Counted from the first letter of the stretch, positions 18,418 through 27,001 are shown. The stretch is DNA of 53,945 nt from Candidatus Kryptoniota bacterium (GCA_049278975.1 JBAPNE010000059.1:1-53945), one strand, 5' to 3'. Numbers and translations are program-made. Notes: generated by a model not told the origin, from the letters alone.

Positions 18418-21171
18418 ATGAAGCCGGAAGAAGAAGCTCGAAGAATAATTGATGATTTACTTTCGGGGGCGGGCTGGGCAATTCAGGACTATCGCAAACT
18501 GAATCTTGGCGCTTCGCTTGGCATCGCAGTTCGAGAATTCCCCACGAAGACCGGTCCCGCTGACTATGTCCTCTTCGTAGATCGCAAAGCAGTTGGAGTG
18601 ATAGAGGCAAAGCCGGTCGGCACAACATTGAGCGGTGTTGCCGAGCAGTCGGCAGATTACATGAGCGACATGCCGGAAAACATTCCTCATATCCAGTTGC
18701 CCCTCCCATTCGGTTACGAAAGCACCGGCAAAGAAACTTTCTTCCGAGACATACGAGACCCTGACGCACGCTCGCGCCGGGTGTTTGCGTTCCACAAGCC
18801 GGAGACACTTGCTGAGTGGATTTCACAAGACGATACGCTTCGAGGAAGATTAAGGAATCTTCCGGAGCTAACGAAGGATAAATTGCGCGACTGCCAGTTC
18901 GAGGCAATTACGAATCTTGAAGAATCGTTCAGGGAGTCGAGGCCGCGTGCGCTAATTCAAATGGCGTCTGGAAGCGGTAAGACATATACTGGAGTAAGTT
19001 TCATCTATAGGCTCATCAAGTACGCGAACGCAAAGCGGGTTCTCTTCCTTGTTGACCGCAACAATCTTGGAAGGCAAACGAAACGAGAATTTGAACAGTA
19101 CATTACTCCGGACGACGGCAGGAAGTTTACTGAACTTTATAACATTCAACACCTCACGTCAAACACTATCGACCCCGTGCCCCGTGTTTGCATAACGACA
19201 ATCCAGCGACTCTACTCCATGCTGAAAGGCGAAAAAGAGTTCGACCCTGAAGCAGAGGAAGCTTCTCTGTTTTATTTAGCTCCACCTAATGGTCAGCCTA
19301 AAGATGTTGCATATAATCCTGACATTCCAATTGAGACGTTCGATTTCATAGTAACTGATGAATGCCATCGGTCAATTTACAATCTCTGGCGGCAGGTGCT
19401 GGAGTATTTTGACTGCTTCCTAATCGGGCTGACAGCAACACCATCGAAGCAGACGATCGGCTTTTTCGACAAGAACCTCGTAATGGAATATAACCACGAA
19501 CGCGCCGTCGCTGACGACGTGAATGTGGGATACGATGTCTATCGCATCCGCACAGACATCACTGAAAAGGGAAGCAAGGTGGAGGCAGGCTTCTATGTTG
19601 GCAAGCGCAATAAAAGAACACGCGAGACAATATGGGAACAGCTCGACGATGATTTCACATATCAATCGAACCAGCTTGACCGCGATGTGGTCGCGCCCGA
19701 CCAGATACGCACGGTTATTAAGACTTTCAAAGAGAAGCTGTTCACCGAAATATTTCCGGGACGGAAAGAAGTTCCGAAGACGCTGATCTTCGCCAAGGAT
19801 GACTCTCACGCCGAGGAGATAGTTCATATTGTCAGAGAAGAATTCGGGAAAGGCAACGATTTCTGCAAGAAGATCACGTACAAAACTCCAGGAGAGAAGC
19901 CGGAGGAATTGATACAGAGCTTCCGTAACTCGTTCTATCCTCGAATCGCAGTCACGGTCGATATGATAGCAACGGGAACCGACATCAAACCGCTTGAGTG
20001 CATTATCTTCATGCGCGATGTGAGATCGGTTGTCTATTTTGAGCAGATGAAAGGCCGTGGCACAAGAGTGATCGATTCAAACGATTTTCAGGCAGTCACT
20101 TACGACGCGAAGAATAAGACGCACTTTGTCGTCGTGGACGCTGTTGGAGTCTGCGAGTCCGACAAGACAGACAGCAGACCGTTGGAGAGAAAGCGAACGG
20201 TGCCGTTCGAGAAACTGGTCCAGTCCATCGCAGTTGGCGTCAGGGATGAAGACACCATCTCATCTCTTGCCGGTCGGCTCGCGCGATTGGAGCGAGAAAT
20301 AGGAGATCAAGATAGGAAAGAAATAGAAAAGCTTTCAGGCGGGAAAAGCATAAGAGAAATTGTGAACTCCCTTCTGGATGCGATTGACCCTGATATTCAA
20401 ATAAAACATGCAAAGCAGGAATTCAAAACTGACACTCCAACCGGCGAGCAATTGAAGAAGTCGGGAGAGCAGCTTGCCGCGAGAGCCTGCCTCCCGTTCG
20501 ATAATTCTTCTCTCCGCGAGACCATCATCGAGATACGAAAACGAAACGAGCAGGTCATAGACAGAGTGAGCGAAGACAAGCTCATCTTTTCTGGATTCGA
20601 CGAGAATGCGAAGGAGAAGGCAAAGAGCACAATTGAGACGTTCAAGAAGTTTATTGAAGATAACAAGAATGAGATTGATGCGCTTCAGTTGATATACAGG
20701 AAACCTTATGGCCAGCGACACCTGACATACGAGATGATAGAGAATCTAGCGGCAGCGATAAGAAAGCCGCCGTATCGTCTGACGGAAGAAGTGGTGTGGC
20801 ACGCTTATGAACAGCTTGAGAAATCTAAAGTTCGCGGGGCCGGTCCGGCGAAACTCATGACCGACATTATCGCATTGGTGCGCTACGCCATTGGAGCAAG
20901 CGATGTGCTTGAGCCGTTCCCTGAAATGGTTGAAGAGAAATTCAAGCGATGGATTGCGAGGCAGGAAGAGCAGGGACGTGAGTTCAAGCTGGAAGAGATG
21001 GCGTGGCTCACCATGATAAAGGACCACATCGCAACGTCCGCCGTTATCGGATGGGATGACTTCGACAACATTCCGTTCAGCGACAAGGGTGGAAGGGTTA
21101 AGGCGTACCAAATATTCGGAGACAAGTTGGAAGGCATCATGGTCGAATTGAATCGGGAGCTGGTGGCGTGA
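18418..21171 (+). CDS. hsdR: Type I restriction enzyme R subunit (EcoEI-like, with the C-terminal EcoEI_R_C-type domain)
   Basis: N-terminal PD-(D/E)xK nuclease region GPADYVLFVDRKAVGVIEAKPVG. Helicase motif I is MASGSGKT and motif II is VTDECHRS. The long helical C-terminal domain is typical of EcoEI-type HsdR. hsdS and hsdM lie downstream. Confidence 0.9.
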   Translation: MKPEEEARRIIDDLLSGAGWAIQDYRKLNLGASLGIAVREFPTKTGPADYVLFVDRKAVGVIEAKPVGTTLSGVAEQSADYMSDMPENIPHIQLPLPFGYESTGKETFFRDIRDPDARSRRVFAFHKPETLAEWISQDDTLRGRLRNLPELTKDKLRDCQFEAITNLEESFRESRPRALIQMASGSGKTYTGVSFIYRLIKYANAKRVLFLVDRNNLGRQTKREFEQYITPDDGRKFTELYNIQHLTSNTIDPVPRVCITTIQRLYSMLKGEKEFDPEAEEASLFYLAPPNGQPKDVAYNPDIPIETFDFIVTDECHRSIYNLWRQVLEYFDCFLIGLTATPSKQTIGFFDKNLVMEYNHERAVADDVNVGYDVYRIRTDITEKGSKVEAGFYVGKRNKRTRETIWEQLDDDFTYQSNQLDRDVVAPDQIRTVIKTFKEKLFTEIFPGRKEVPKTLIFAKDDSHAEEIVHIVREEFGKGNDFCKKITYKTPGEKPEELIQSFRNSFYPRIAVTVDMIATGTDIKPLECIIFMRDVRSVVYFEQMKGRGTRVIDSNDFQAVTYDAKNKTHFVVVDAVGVCESDKTDSRPLERKRTVPFEKLVQSIAVGVRDEDTISSLAGRLARLEREIGDQDRKEIEKLSGGKSIREIVNSLLDAIDPDIQIKHAKQEFKTDTPTGEQLKKSGEQLAARACLPFDNSSLRETIIEIRKRNEQVIDRVSEDKLIFSGFDENAKEKAKSTIETFKKFIEDNKNEIDALQLIYRKPYGQRHLTYEMIENLAAAIRKPPYRLTEEVVWHAYEQLEKSKVRGAGPAKLMTDIIALVRYAIGASDVLEPFPEMVEEKFKRWIARQEEQGREFKLEEMAWLTMIKDHIATSAVIGWDDFDNIPFSDKGGRVKAYQIFGDKLEGIMVELNRELVA

Positions 21172-21196
21172 GGCGGAGTTTTGAACCTCTCCCTGG

Positions 21197-21217
21197 CCCT
21201 CCCCTTTTAGGGGAGGG
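21197..21217. repeat. CCCTCCCCT-ttt-AGGGGAGGG palindrome (family copy 1)
   Basis: Perfect 9-bp arms. Related copies lie at 21705-21725 (CCTTCCCCT-gtt-AGGGGAAGG), 21788-21802 (TCCCCT-gtt-AGGGGA) and 21861-21875 (CCCCCT-aaa-AGGGGG). Confidence 0.8.
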
Positions 21218-21289
21218 AACGTATCCCCAAATTGTGAGGCGAGGAATAAGTTGTTCCCCTAGCAAAAGCACCGCACTAAATCCTGGTAT

Positions 21290-21317
21290 CCGCCTAAAAG
21301 GGGGATTATAGGGGGTT
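21290..21317 (+). repeat. 28-nt direct repeat, left copy, ending 3 nt before the DUF559 start codon
   Basis: ccgcctaaaagggggattatagggggtt compared with ccccctaaaagggggaccacagggggtt at 21861-21888: 24 of 28 positions identical by eye. Confidence 0.7.
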
Positions 21318-21320
21318 CCT

Positions 21321-21890
21321 ATGCCACGGTACTTCAAATACGCCAAAGGCTCGATTGACAAAGCCAGAAGACTCCGCCGCGCGATGACGGACGCGGAACG
21401 TAAGCTATGGTCGAAGCTGAGAAACGAACAGCTTGGCGTCCAGTTCAGAAGACAAGTCCCCGTCGGTCCTTACATAGTGGATTTTATTTGCATCAAGCGA
21501 GGGCTTGTCATCGAAGTGGACGGCGCTCAGCACTACACCGATGAAGGAATGGAATACGATAAGATTCGCACAACGTATCTGGAGAATGAAGGACTGACCG
21601 TAAAACGGTTCGGTAACCACGACGTGCTGACGAATATTGATGGAGTGGTACGGGAAATACTGGAGTTGCTGGAGAAGCAGGAAATCCGCAAACCTCATCC
21701 TGTCCTTCCCCTGTTAGGGGAAGGAACGAGTTCGCAACCAGCAGAGGAAACCCACTCTTCTGAGGATGAAAACACAAAAACAAACCGTCCCCTGTTAGGG
21801 GAAGGGACGAAATCTTCAAAGTCAAAGAGAGTCCCTGGTAGAGTTCCTGAAATAAACTGTCCCCCTAAAAGGGGGACCACAGGGGGTTGA
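21321..21890 (+). CDS. DUF559 (Vsr-like fold) endonuclease-domain protein with a repeat-derived C-terminal extension
   Basis: ARRLRRAMTDAERKLWSKLRNEQLGVQFRRQVPVGPYIVDFICIKRGLVIEVDGAQH...KRFGNHDV is the typical DUF559 core. Residues after about 120 (PLLGEGT twice, then PPKRGTTGG) are translations of the CCCCT..AGGGG palindromes. Confidence 0.8.
   Translation: MPRYFKYAKGSIDKARRLRRAMTDAERKLWSKLRNEQLGVQFRRQVPVGPYIVDFICIKRGLVIEVDGAQHYTDEGMEYDKIRTTYLENEGLTVKRFGNHDVLTNIDGVVREILELLEKQEIRKPHPVLPLLGEGTSSQPAEETHSSEDENTKTNRPLLGEGTKSSKSKRVPGRVPEINCPPKRGTTGG
21705..21725. repeat. CCTTCCCCT-gtt-AGGGGAAGG palindrome (family copy 2), inside the 3' part of the DUF559 ORF
   Basis: Perfect 9-bp arms with a 3-nt loop, followed by aacgag as in copy 1 (aacgta). 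Confidence 0.8.
21861..21888 (+). repeat. 28-nt direct repeat, right copy, ending at the DUF559 stop codon
   Basis: See 21290-21317. It contains the palindrome CCCCCT-aaa-AGGGGG. Confidence 0.7.
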
Positions 21891-21987
21891 TGAATCGCAT
21901 CGGCAATATATCATGGATAATCCGGCAAAATGGGAATCCGAGAGCAACGAAAATGATGGTATTATGCGGAGGAGTTGAAATAAAGCC

Positions 21988-24210
21988 ATGAAAATCAAAC
22001 TGGTCAAAGACTGGGACACAGGGATTCAACCACCAATCGGCAAATCAAAAGTGAAAGGACACTTTGCCGGAAGGAAAGATGAAGTAAGCAAGTTGACTAA
22101 TGATCTCCTCAATAGGGAAGAAGGCGCGATTTTGATCAGTGGCTACCGAGGTGTGGGAAAGACTTCCTTTGTTTACAAATGTCTATCGAACGCGCTAGTC
22201 AACGAAAAGGGTGCTCTCGTAGTCCTTCTCAATGCGCCCCAACTACAAGACGACGACGGTAAGGTTGTTAAGAATCTTATTCGTCGACTTTACTCGGCAA
22301 TCAAAAACGAAGATACCGTTAAAAGAAACCTTAAAGAAGATCTCGAAACCTTATATAGAAAAGCGGTCTCAAAGGAGTTCAGTCTCCAACAAGTTTTTCA
22401 AAAGCAGGCTGAGATGTCGGTTTCATCTAACAAGGAACAAGGAATCGATATCAGTATTTCCGAAAGAGATTGGAGAACAATTGTACTAATCACTTCTTGG
22501 TCATTGGCCATGATATTGCAGCTCTTTCCTGCCACAGACTGGAGTTGGTTTAACAAAATTGTTCCATTGCTACTTGCCCTACCTGTTCCTTTTGGATTTA
22601 GTCTCTGGTATAAAAAGAAGAAAGTTAAGGAAGAAAAGAAAAGTCTGTTCGGATCAGCTAAAGAGCTTTACGAATTTGACAACAGCGCGGGTAATTTAGA
22701 GTCGGATTTGCGTGATCTTCACGAGCAGTTGTATAATGGCGGACACAAGGTTGTATATGTGATAGATGAGTTGGATAAGTTGGCGAATGCTCAAGCAGCG
22801 TTAGACATCTTCAGCAAGCTAAAGAATCTCTTCACTCTTTCGAAAGCTCTTTTCATTATCATCGGCGATGAGGAACTGTATAGCAAGGCTAGCGTGAAAA
22901 CGAGTTCGCAAAATGGTTTTCGGGCAAAAGAATACACATACTTCACTCATAAGTATTTCATTGCGAGACCTTCATGGACTGACCTAAGTGATTATATCGA
23001 TGAAATAGTTGACAAGAAGGAGATTGACGAACCTAGTTACAGCAATTTAAAGCATGCATTGCTTTTTGAATCTCAAAACGATTTCTTTGACCTTCTTGAA
23101 AGGATTAGAGACAGGATCACTTCTTATGATGGTCGTCAACCCGTAATTGAGTTCGAAGCGCTCTCAGACGAGGATGTCAAGAAAGCAAAATTGCACAAGG
23201 CAGTCGTCTTAGTATTCGAAGAGAAATACAAAAGCGAAATGATTTCAAAATGGCAGGAGAACGAACTAATCATTCGCCATCTTCTCGCACATGCGAAAGG
23301 GATTGCAGAAGACTATGTTGGGTTCGAGATTCAAGATGGTCAATCAATAGATATGTTGGACTCAGCAAAGAGGAACTTTAATGGACTGCTTTCGCGAATC
23401 GGAGCGTTGACCGTGATTCAAGAAGATACCTGCAACGTGAGTGGATCGTCCGTCCGAGTAAATAAATACAGATACGAAGGTTTGGTGCCGCGAGACCCAC
23501 CGAAACACTTAACTGAACCCAGCGAACTGGAGCTAAAATTTCTGGATGCTTTTGGGCGATATTGCGATTACATCGTGTCAATTATCAACTCATTTCATAT
23601 TCCAACCGGAAAGCCAACACTTTCGAGACATGAACTGCTTGAACATCCGACTGAATATCTTGAAGAATTGAGATCTCCACAAACAGATGTGAGTAATCCA
23701 TTCAGTAGCGGGCGAGAAATTTATCTTAACCTGACCACCAAACTGCCGCCCACAGTTTACAAAAGAGACCAGATAGAGCAAGCCACATCGAATGTCTTGA
23801 ATCAAACCAAAAACCTTCTTGCCAACATTCGATTGATCTTTATGCATATGATTAAAAGGTTCAATTCCAATGAATTACAGGATCAGTTGCTTTCATCAAA
23901 CAATAACTTGTTTGTGGGCTCGGCTCAGGAGATCAGAAATTTCCTAGGAGCTTTTCAACATATCGTCGTCTTTAAGCGCGACTTATCAAAGCAACTATTG
24001 ATTCTTGAAAAGACTGATGCTAGCGGCGAGAAGATTCGGCAGGTACAGGGAATCATATTGACACTCACAGACAAATTCATGATTTTAGTGATCGGTGCCG
24101 GTGCTAAACCTATTGATGACGTTTTGAACGTAACAACTGATTCTCCTGACGAATTGCGGAAGACAGGGATGGATGCGGTGGGCCAAATAAGAGACTTTTT
24201 CGGGCTCTGA
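21988..24210 (+). CDS. P-loop NTPase with two TM helices inserted between Walker A and Walker B (KAP-like topology) and a C-terminal region of about 470 aa with no recognised motif
   Basis: FAGRKDEVSKLTNDLL...AILISGYRGVGKTSFV carries Walker A (22141-22167). The hydrophobic segments TIVLITSWSLAMILQLF and IVPLLLALPVPFGFSLWY (22474-22611) are followed by KKKKVKEEKK. Walker B is VVYVIDELDKL (22750-22776). The stop TGA shares one base with the hsdS ATG. Confidence 0.75.
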   Translation: MKIKLVKDWDTGIQPPIGKSKVKGHFAGRKDEVSKLTNDLLNREEGAILISGYRGVGKTSFVYKCLSNALVNEKGALVVLLNAPQLQDDDGKVVKNLIRRLYSAIKNEDTVKRNLKEDLETLYRKAVSKEFSLQQVFQKQAEMSVSSNKEQGIDISISERDWRTIVLITSWSLAMILQLFPATDWSWFNKIVPLLLALPVPFGFSLWYKKKKVKEEKKSLFGSAKELYEFDNSAGNLESDLRDLHEQLYNGGHKVVYVIDELDKLANAQAALDIFSKLKNLFTLSKALFIIIGDEELYSKASVKTSSQNGFRAKEYTYFTHKYFIARPSWTDLSDYIDEIVDKKEIDEPSYSNLKHALLFESQNDFFDLLERIRDRITSYDGRQPVIEFEALSDEDVKKAKLHKAVVLVFEEKYKSEMISKWQENELIIRHLLAHAKGIAEDYVGFEIQDGQSIDMLDSAKRNFNGLLSRIGALTVIQEDTCNVSGSSVRVNKYRYEGLVPRDPPKHLTEPSELELKFLDAFGRYCDYIVSIINSFHIPTGKPTLSRHELLEHPTEYLEELRSPQTDVSNPFSSGREIYLNLTTKLPPTVYKRDQIEQATSNVLNQTKNLLANIRLIFMHMIKRFNSNELQDQLLSSNNNLFVGSAQEIRNFLGAFQHIVVFKRDLSKQLLILEKTDASGEKIRQVQGIILTLTDKFMILVIGAGAKPIDDVLNVTTDSPDELRKTGMDAVGQIRDFFGL

Positions 24211-25661
24211 TGGAAAGCCCGTCTAACGTGGAACATTGCCTGCCGAACGGTTGGGTGCGTACAACCCTCGGTAGTGTGCTTAGTTTCGTAAAAGGGAAAA
24301 AGCCTTTGAATCTTGGAAGCAAATTAGACAATAGCTTCCTTCCATACGTCAACATTGAGGCATTTGAAAAAAAGATACTTTCGCAGTACGCCAGGGCTGA
24401 TGGCCATCCAACATGTAACAAAGACGATGTATTAATTGTCTGGGACGGCGCAAGATGCGGATTGGTCGGAAGAGGTGTTGATGGAATAATAGGATCAACT
24501 CTTGCAAAGCTTCCTTACGACGAAATGGACGGTTCGTTCATCTTTTATTTCCTGCAATCGAAATATAATTTGATAAACAAGAGACCAAGGGGTGTAGGTA
24601 TCCCTCATGTTGAACCAAATCTATTCTGGAGCATCGTTTTTCCTCTTCCTCCACTTCCCGAGCAGCATCGCATCGTCGCGAAGATAGAAGAGCTGTTCTC
24701 CGACTTGGACGCGGGCATCGAGGCGCTGAAGAAAGTCAAAGCTGAACTGAAGCGATACAGGCAATCAGTGCTCAAGGCAGCCGTGGAAGGAAAACTCACT
24801 GCTCCATGGCGTGAGGCTAACAAAGGGAAGGTGGAGCCCGCGGCGGTACTTCTTGAGCGAATACGAGCGGGACGAGATTCTGTAAGGGCACGGCATGCCG
24901 TGCCCCAACGACAGGCAAAAGACCTTCCACCAATCGATACGTCCGAGTTGCCAAAGTTGCCGGAAGGGTGGGAGTGGACAAGAGTTGGTACGGTTGCCGA
25001 GACGTGCCTGGGGAAGATGCTTGACAAGGTGAAAAACAAAGGTGAGTATCAACCATATCTCCGCAACATAAATGTTCGATGGGGAGGGTTTGATCTAAGC
25101 GATTTGAGTCAAATGAAGTTTGAACAAGATGAAGAACAAAGGTATGGGTTGCTCCATGGCGACCTCGTTGTGTGTGAAGGTGGAGAACCGGGGCGAGCCG
25201 CTGTCTGGACTGGTACACCCGGCATGAAGATTCAAAAGGCGCTTCATCGAGTTCGCTTTGTGGCAAATACCGTGACGGCCGAATTCCTCCAATCTTACTT
25301 GGAACACGCTGCCAAAAACGGAATCTTGGAGAAATATTTTACTGGAACCACCATTAAACACTTCACCGGAGTCAGACTGGCTGAGTTTGTTCTTCCGTTG
25401 CCACCATGCCAAGAGCAACTTCAAATCGTCTCCGAAGTCGAGCGGCGACTCTCGGCTGCCGACGAAGTAGGGACATATTGCGATATGTCCCTACGGCAGG
25501 CGGAACGGTTGAGGCAGAGCATTTTGAAAAGGGCGTTTGAAGGGAAGTTGGTGCCGCAGGACCCGACGGATGAACCTGCATCGGTTTTATTGGAGAATAT
25601 AAAGAGGAAAAAAATAGAAGAAAAAGCGATAAAAAGTTCAAATAAAAGAGGTAAAAAATGA
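24210..25661 (+). CDS. hsdS: Type I R-M specificity subunit with two target-recognition domains
   Basis: Two TRDs are separated by conserved helices: LPPLPEQHRIVAKIEELFSDLDAGIEALKKVKAELKRYRQSVLKAA and LPPCQEQLQIVSEVERRLSAADE...RQSILKRAFEGKLV. Confidence 0.9.
   Translation: MESPSNVEHCLPNGWVRTTLGSVLSFVKGKKPLNLGSKLDNSFLPYVNIEAFEKKILSQYARADGHPTCNKDDVLIVWDGARCGLVGRGVDGIIGSTLAKLPYDEMDGSFIFYFLQSKYNLINKRPRGVGIPHVEPNLFWSIVFPLPPLPEQHRIVAKIEELFSDLDAGIEALKKVKAELKRYRQSVLKAAVEGKLTAPWREANKGKVEPAAVLLERIRAGRDSVRARHAVPQRQAKDLPPIDTSELPKLPEGWEWTRVGTVAETCLGKMLDKVKNKGEYQPYLRNINVRWGGFDLSDLSQMKFEQDEEQRYGLLHGDLVVCEGGEPGRAAVWTGTPGMKIQKALHRVRFVANTVTAEFLQSYLEHAAKNGILEKYFTGTTIKHFTGVRLAEFVLPLPPCQEQLQIVSEVERRLSAADEVGTYCDMSLRQAERLRQSILKRAFEGKLVPQDPTDEPASVLLENIKRKKIEEKAIKSSNKRGKK
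24886..24905. repeat. Perfect 20-nt palindrome GGGCACGGCATGCCGTGCCC inside hsdS, read in frame as ARHAVP
   Basis: Read directly from the sequence. A sister copy lies at 27159-27178 in hsdM. Confidence 0.9.
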
Positions 25662-25688
25662 GATTAATATCGATGAAAAACGTTATTT

Positions 25689-25717
25689 AAAAGTCTCATT
25701 TTAACGAAATGACTTTT
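25689..25717 (+). terminator. Imperfect hairpin after hsdS
   Basis: aaaagtctcattt / aaatgactttt with one bulge, followed by an AT-rich tract (ttattat). Confidence 0.35.
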
Positions 25718-25737
25718 ATTATATTATAACTACTTAT

Positions 25738-25765
25738 AATTTAGTTTCGAGCGTGAAACTAAATT
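25738..25765. promoter_or_regulatory. 11-bp perfect inverted repeat AATTTAGTTTC-N6-GAAACTAAATT upstream of fic
   Basis: Read directly. The arm shares AGTTTCGA with the downstream tandem repeats. Confidence 0.45.
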
Positions 25766-25780
25766 ATGGGAATCTATAAT

Positions 25781-25840
25781 AAAGTTTCGATATCGAAAAT
25801 AGAGTTACGATATCACAAATAAAGTTTCAATATCAGAGAA
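25781..25840 (+). promoter_or_regulatory. Three head-to-tail 20-bp repeats (possible operator or iteron-like sites) ending 18 nt before the fic start
   Basis: aaagtttcgatatcgaaaat / agagttacgatatcacaaat / aaagtttcaatatcagagaa, with the core GTTnCnATATC at an exact 20-bp period. Confidence 0.5.
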
Positions 25841-25858
25841 AGTCAAAAATAAGGAAAA

Positions 25859-26992
25859 ATGGACTTCAAAGAGTTCACAGCCGGAACGTACACTCAACAG
25901 TATCAGTACAAGAGCTTCGGCCCATCAACGATAAATCACGAGTGGACGTGGTCTGATCCTAAAATCAATATCCTCCTAGCCGATGCCAGTCGAAAATTGG
26001 GTGAACTTAACGCCTTTGCAGCGTCGGTTCCTGATGTCGACATTTTCGTAAGGATGCATGTGGCGAAAGAAGCGACCAAGTCGAGCGCAATCGAAGGGAC
26101 AAGAACCGAGATCGAAGAGGTTGTTTTGCAGGAACAAGATGTTCTTCCAGAGAAGCGAGACGACTGGAATGAAGTCCAGAATTATATCTCCGCGATGAAC
26201 ACTGCCATTGAACGGCTGAAAGAAATGCCGCTCTCCACCAGAACGTTGAAGGAAACTCATCGTACGCTACTCCAGGATGTCCGGGGAGAACACAAGACTC
26301 CAGGCGAATACCGCACAAGTCAGAATTGGATCGGCGGTGCAACGCTGGATGATGCAACGTTTGTCCCACCTCATCATTCTGAAGTCAATGCGTTGATGGG
26401 TGACCTTGAAAATTTTCTTCACAATCCGAACATCGATGTTCCGAGACTGGTTAGAATTGCGATAGCGCATTATCAGTTTGAAACTATTCATCCGTTCCTC
26501 GACGGCAACGGGAGAATCGGTCGGTTATTAATAACGCTTTATCTTGTGAGTGAAGGGCTTCTCTCTAAACCGACTCTCTATCTCTCTGACCATTTAGAAA
26601 GACACAAGACTTTATATTATGACAATCTCATGCTTGTCAGAACTCGGAACGACATAGGCCAGTGGGTGAAGTTCTTGCTCGCCGCCGTAATGGAGACCTG
26701 CGACAAAGGAATTGAGACCTTCAGAAAAATACTCAAACTGAAAGATGAAATTGAAGGCAATAGGCTTGTGACTCTCGGCAGGAAAACGAAGATTGCGAAG
26801 TCCTTCTTGAATCATCTTTACAGTAATCCTGCTACCGACGTTGCGAGGGTGAAGGAAGTTCTGAACTTGAGTCAAGCATCGGCGAATTCGCTTGTGGCGG
26901 ACTTTGAAAGGCTCGGGATTCTTAAAGAAATCACTGGGTTCAAGCGCAACAGGTACTTTCTGTTTTCGGAATACATAAACCTCTTCAAATAG
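25859..26992 (+). CDS. fic: Fic-domain protein (AMPylase-type) with an N-terminal inhibitory-helix motif and a C-terminal wHTH-like region
   Basis: Fic motif HPFLDGNGRIGR (26489-26524). An SxxxEG motif, SSAIEG, lies at about 26081-26098. The stop is 9 nt before the hsdM ATG. Confidence 0.9.
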   Translation: MDFKEFTAGTYTQQYQYKSFGPSTINHEWTWSDPKINILLADASRKLGELNAFAASVPDVDIFVRMHVAKEATKSSAIEGTRTEIEEVVLQEQDVLPEKRDDWNEVQNYISAMNTAIERLKEMPLSTRTLKETHRTLLQDVRGEHKTPGEYRTSQNWIGGATLDDATFVPPHHSEVNALMGDLENFLHNPNIDVPRLVRIAIAHYQFETIHPFLDGNGRIGRLLITLYLVSEGLLSKPTLYLSDHLERHKTLYYDNLMLVRTRNDIGQWVKFLLAAVMETCDKGIETFRKILKLKDEIEGNRLVTLGRKTKIAKSFLNHLYSNPATDVARVKEVLNLSQASANSLVADFERLGILKEITGFKRNRYFLFSEYINLFK

Positions 26993-27001
26993 CGAATCCA
27001 A

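Noticed and set aside
24210-25661. A phase-variable hsdS shufflon or inverting system.
   Set aside because: There is no second (silent) hsdS copy, no long inverted hsdS-derived repeats and no recombinase gene in the window. The only repeats are the 20-nt palindromes.
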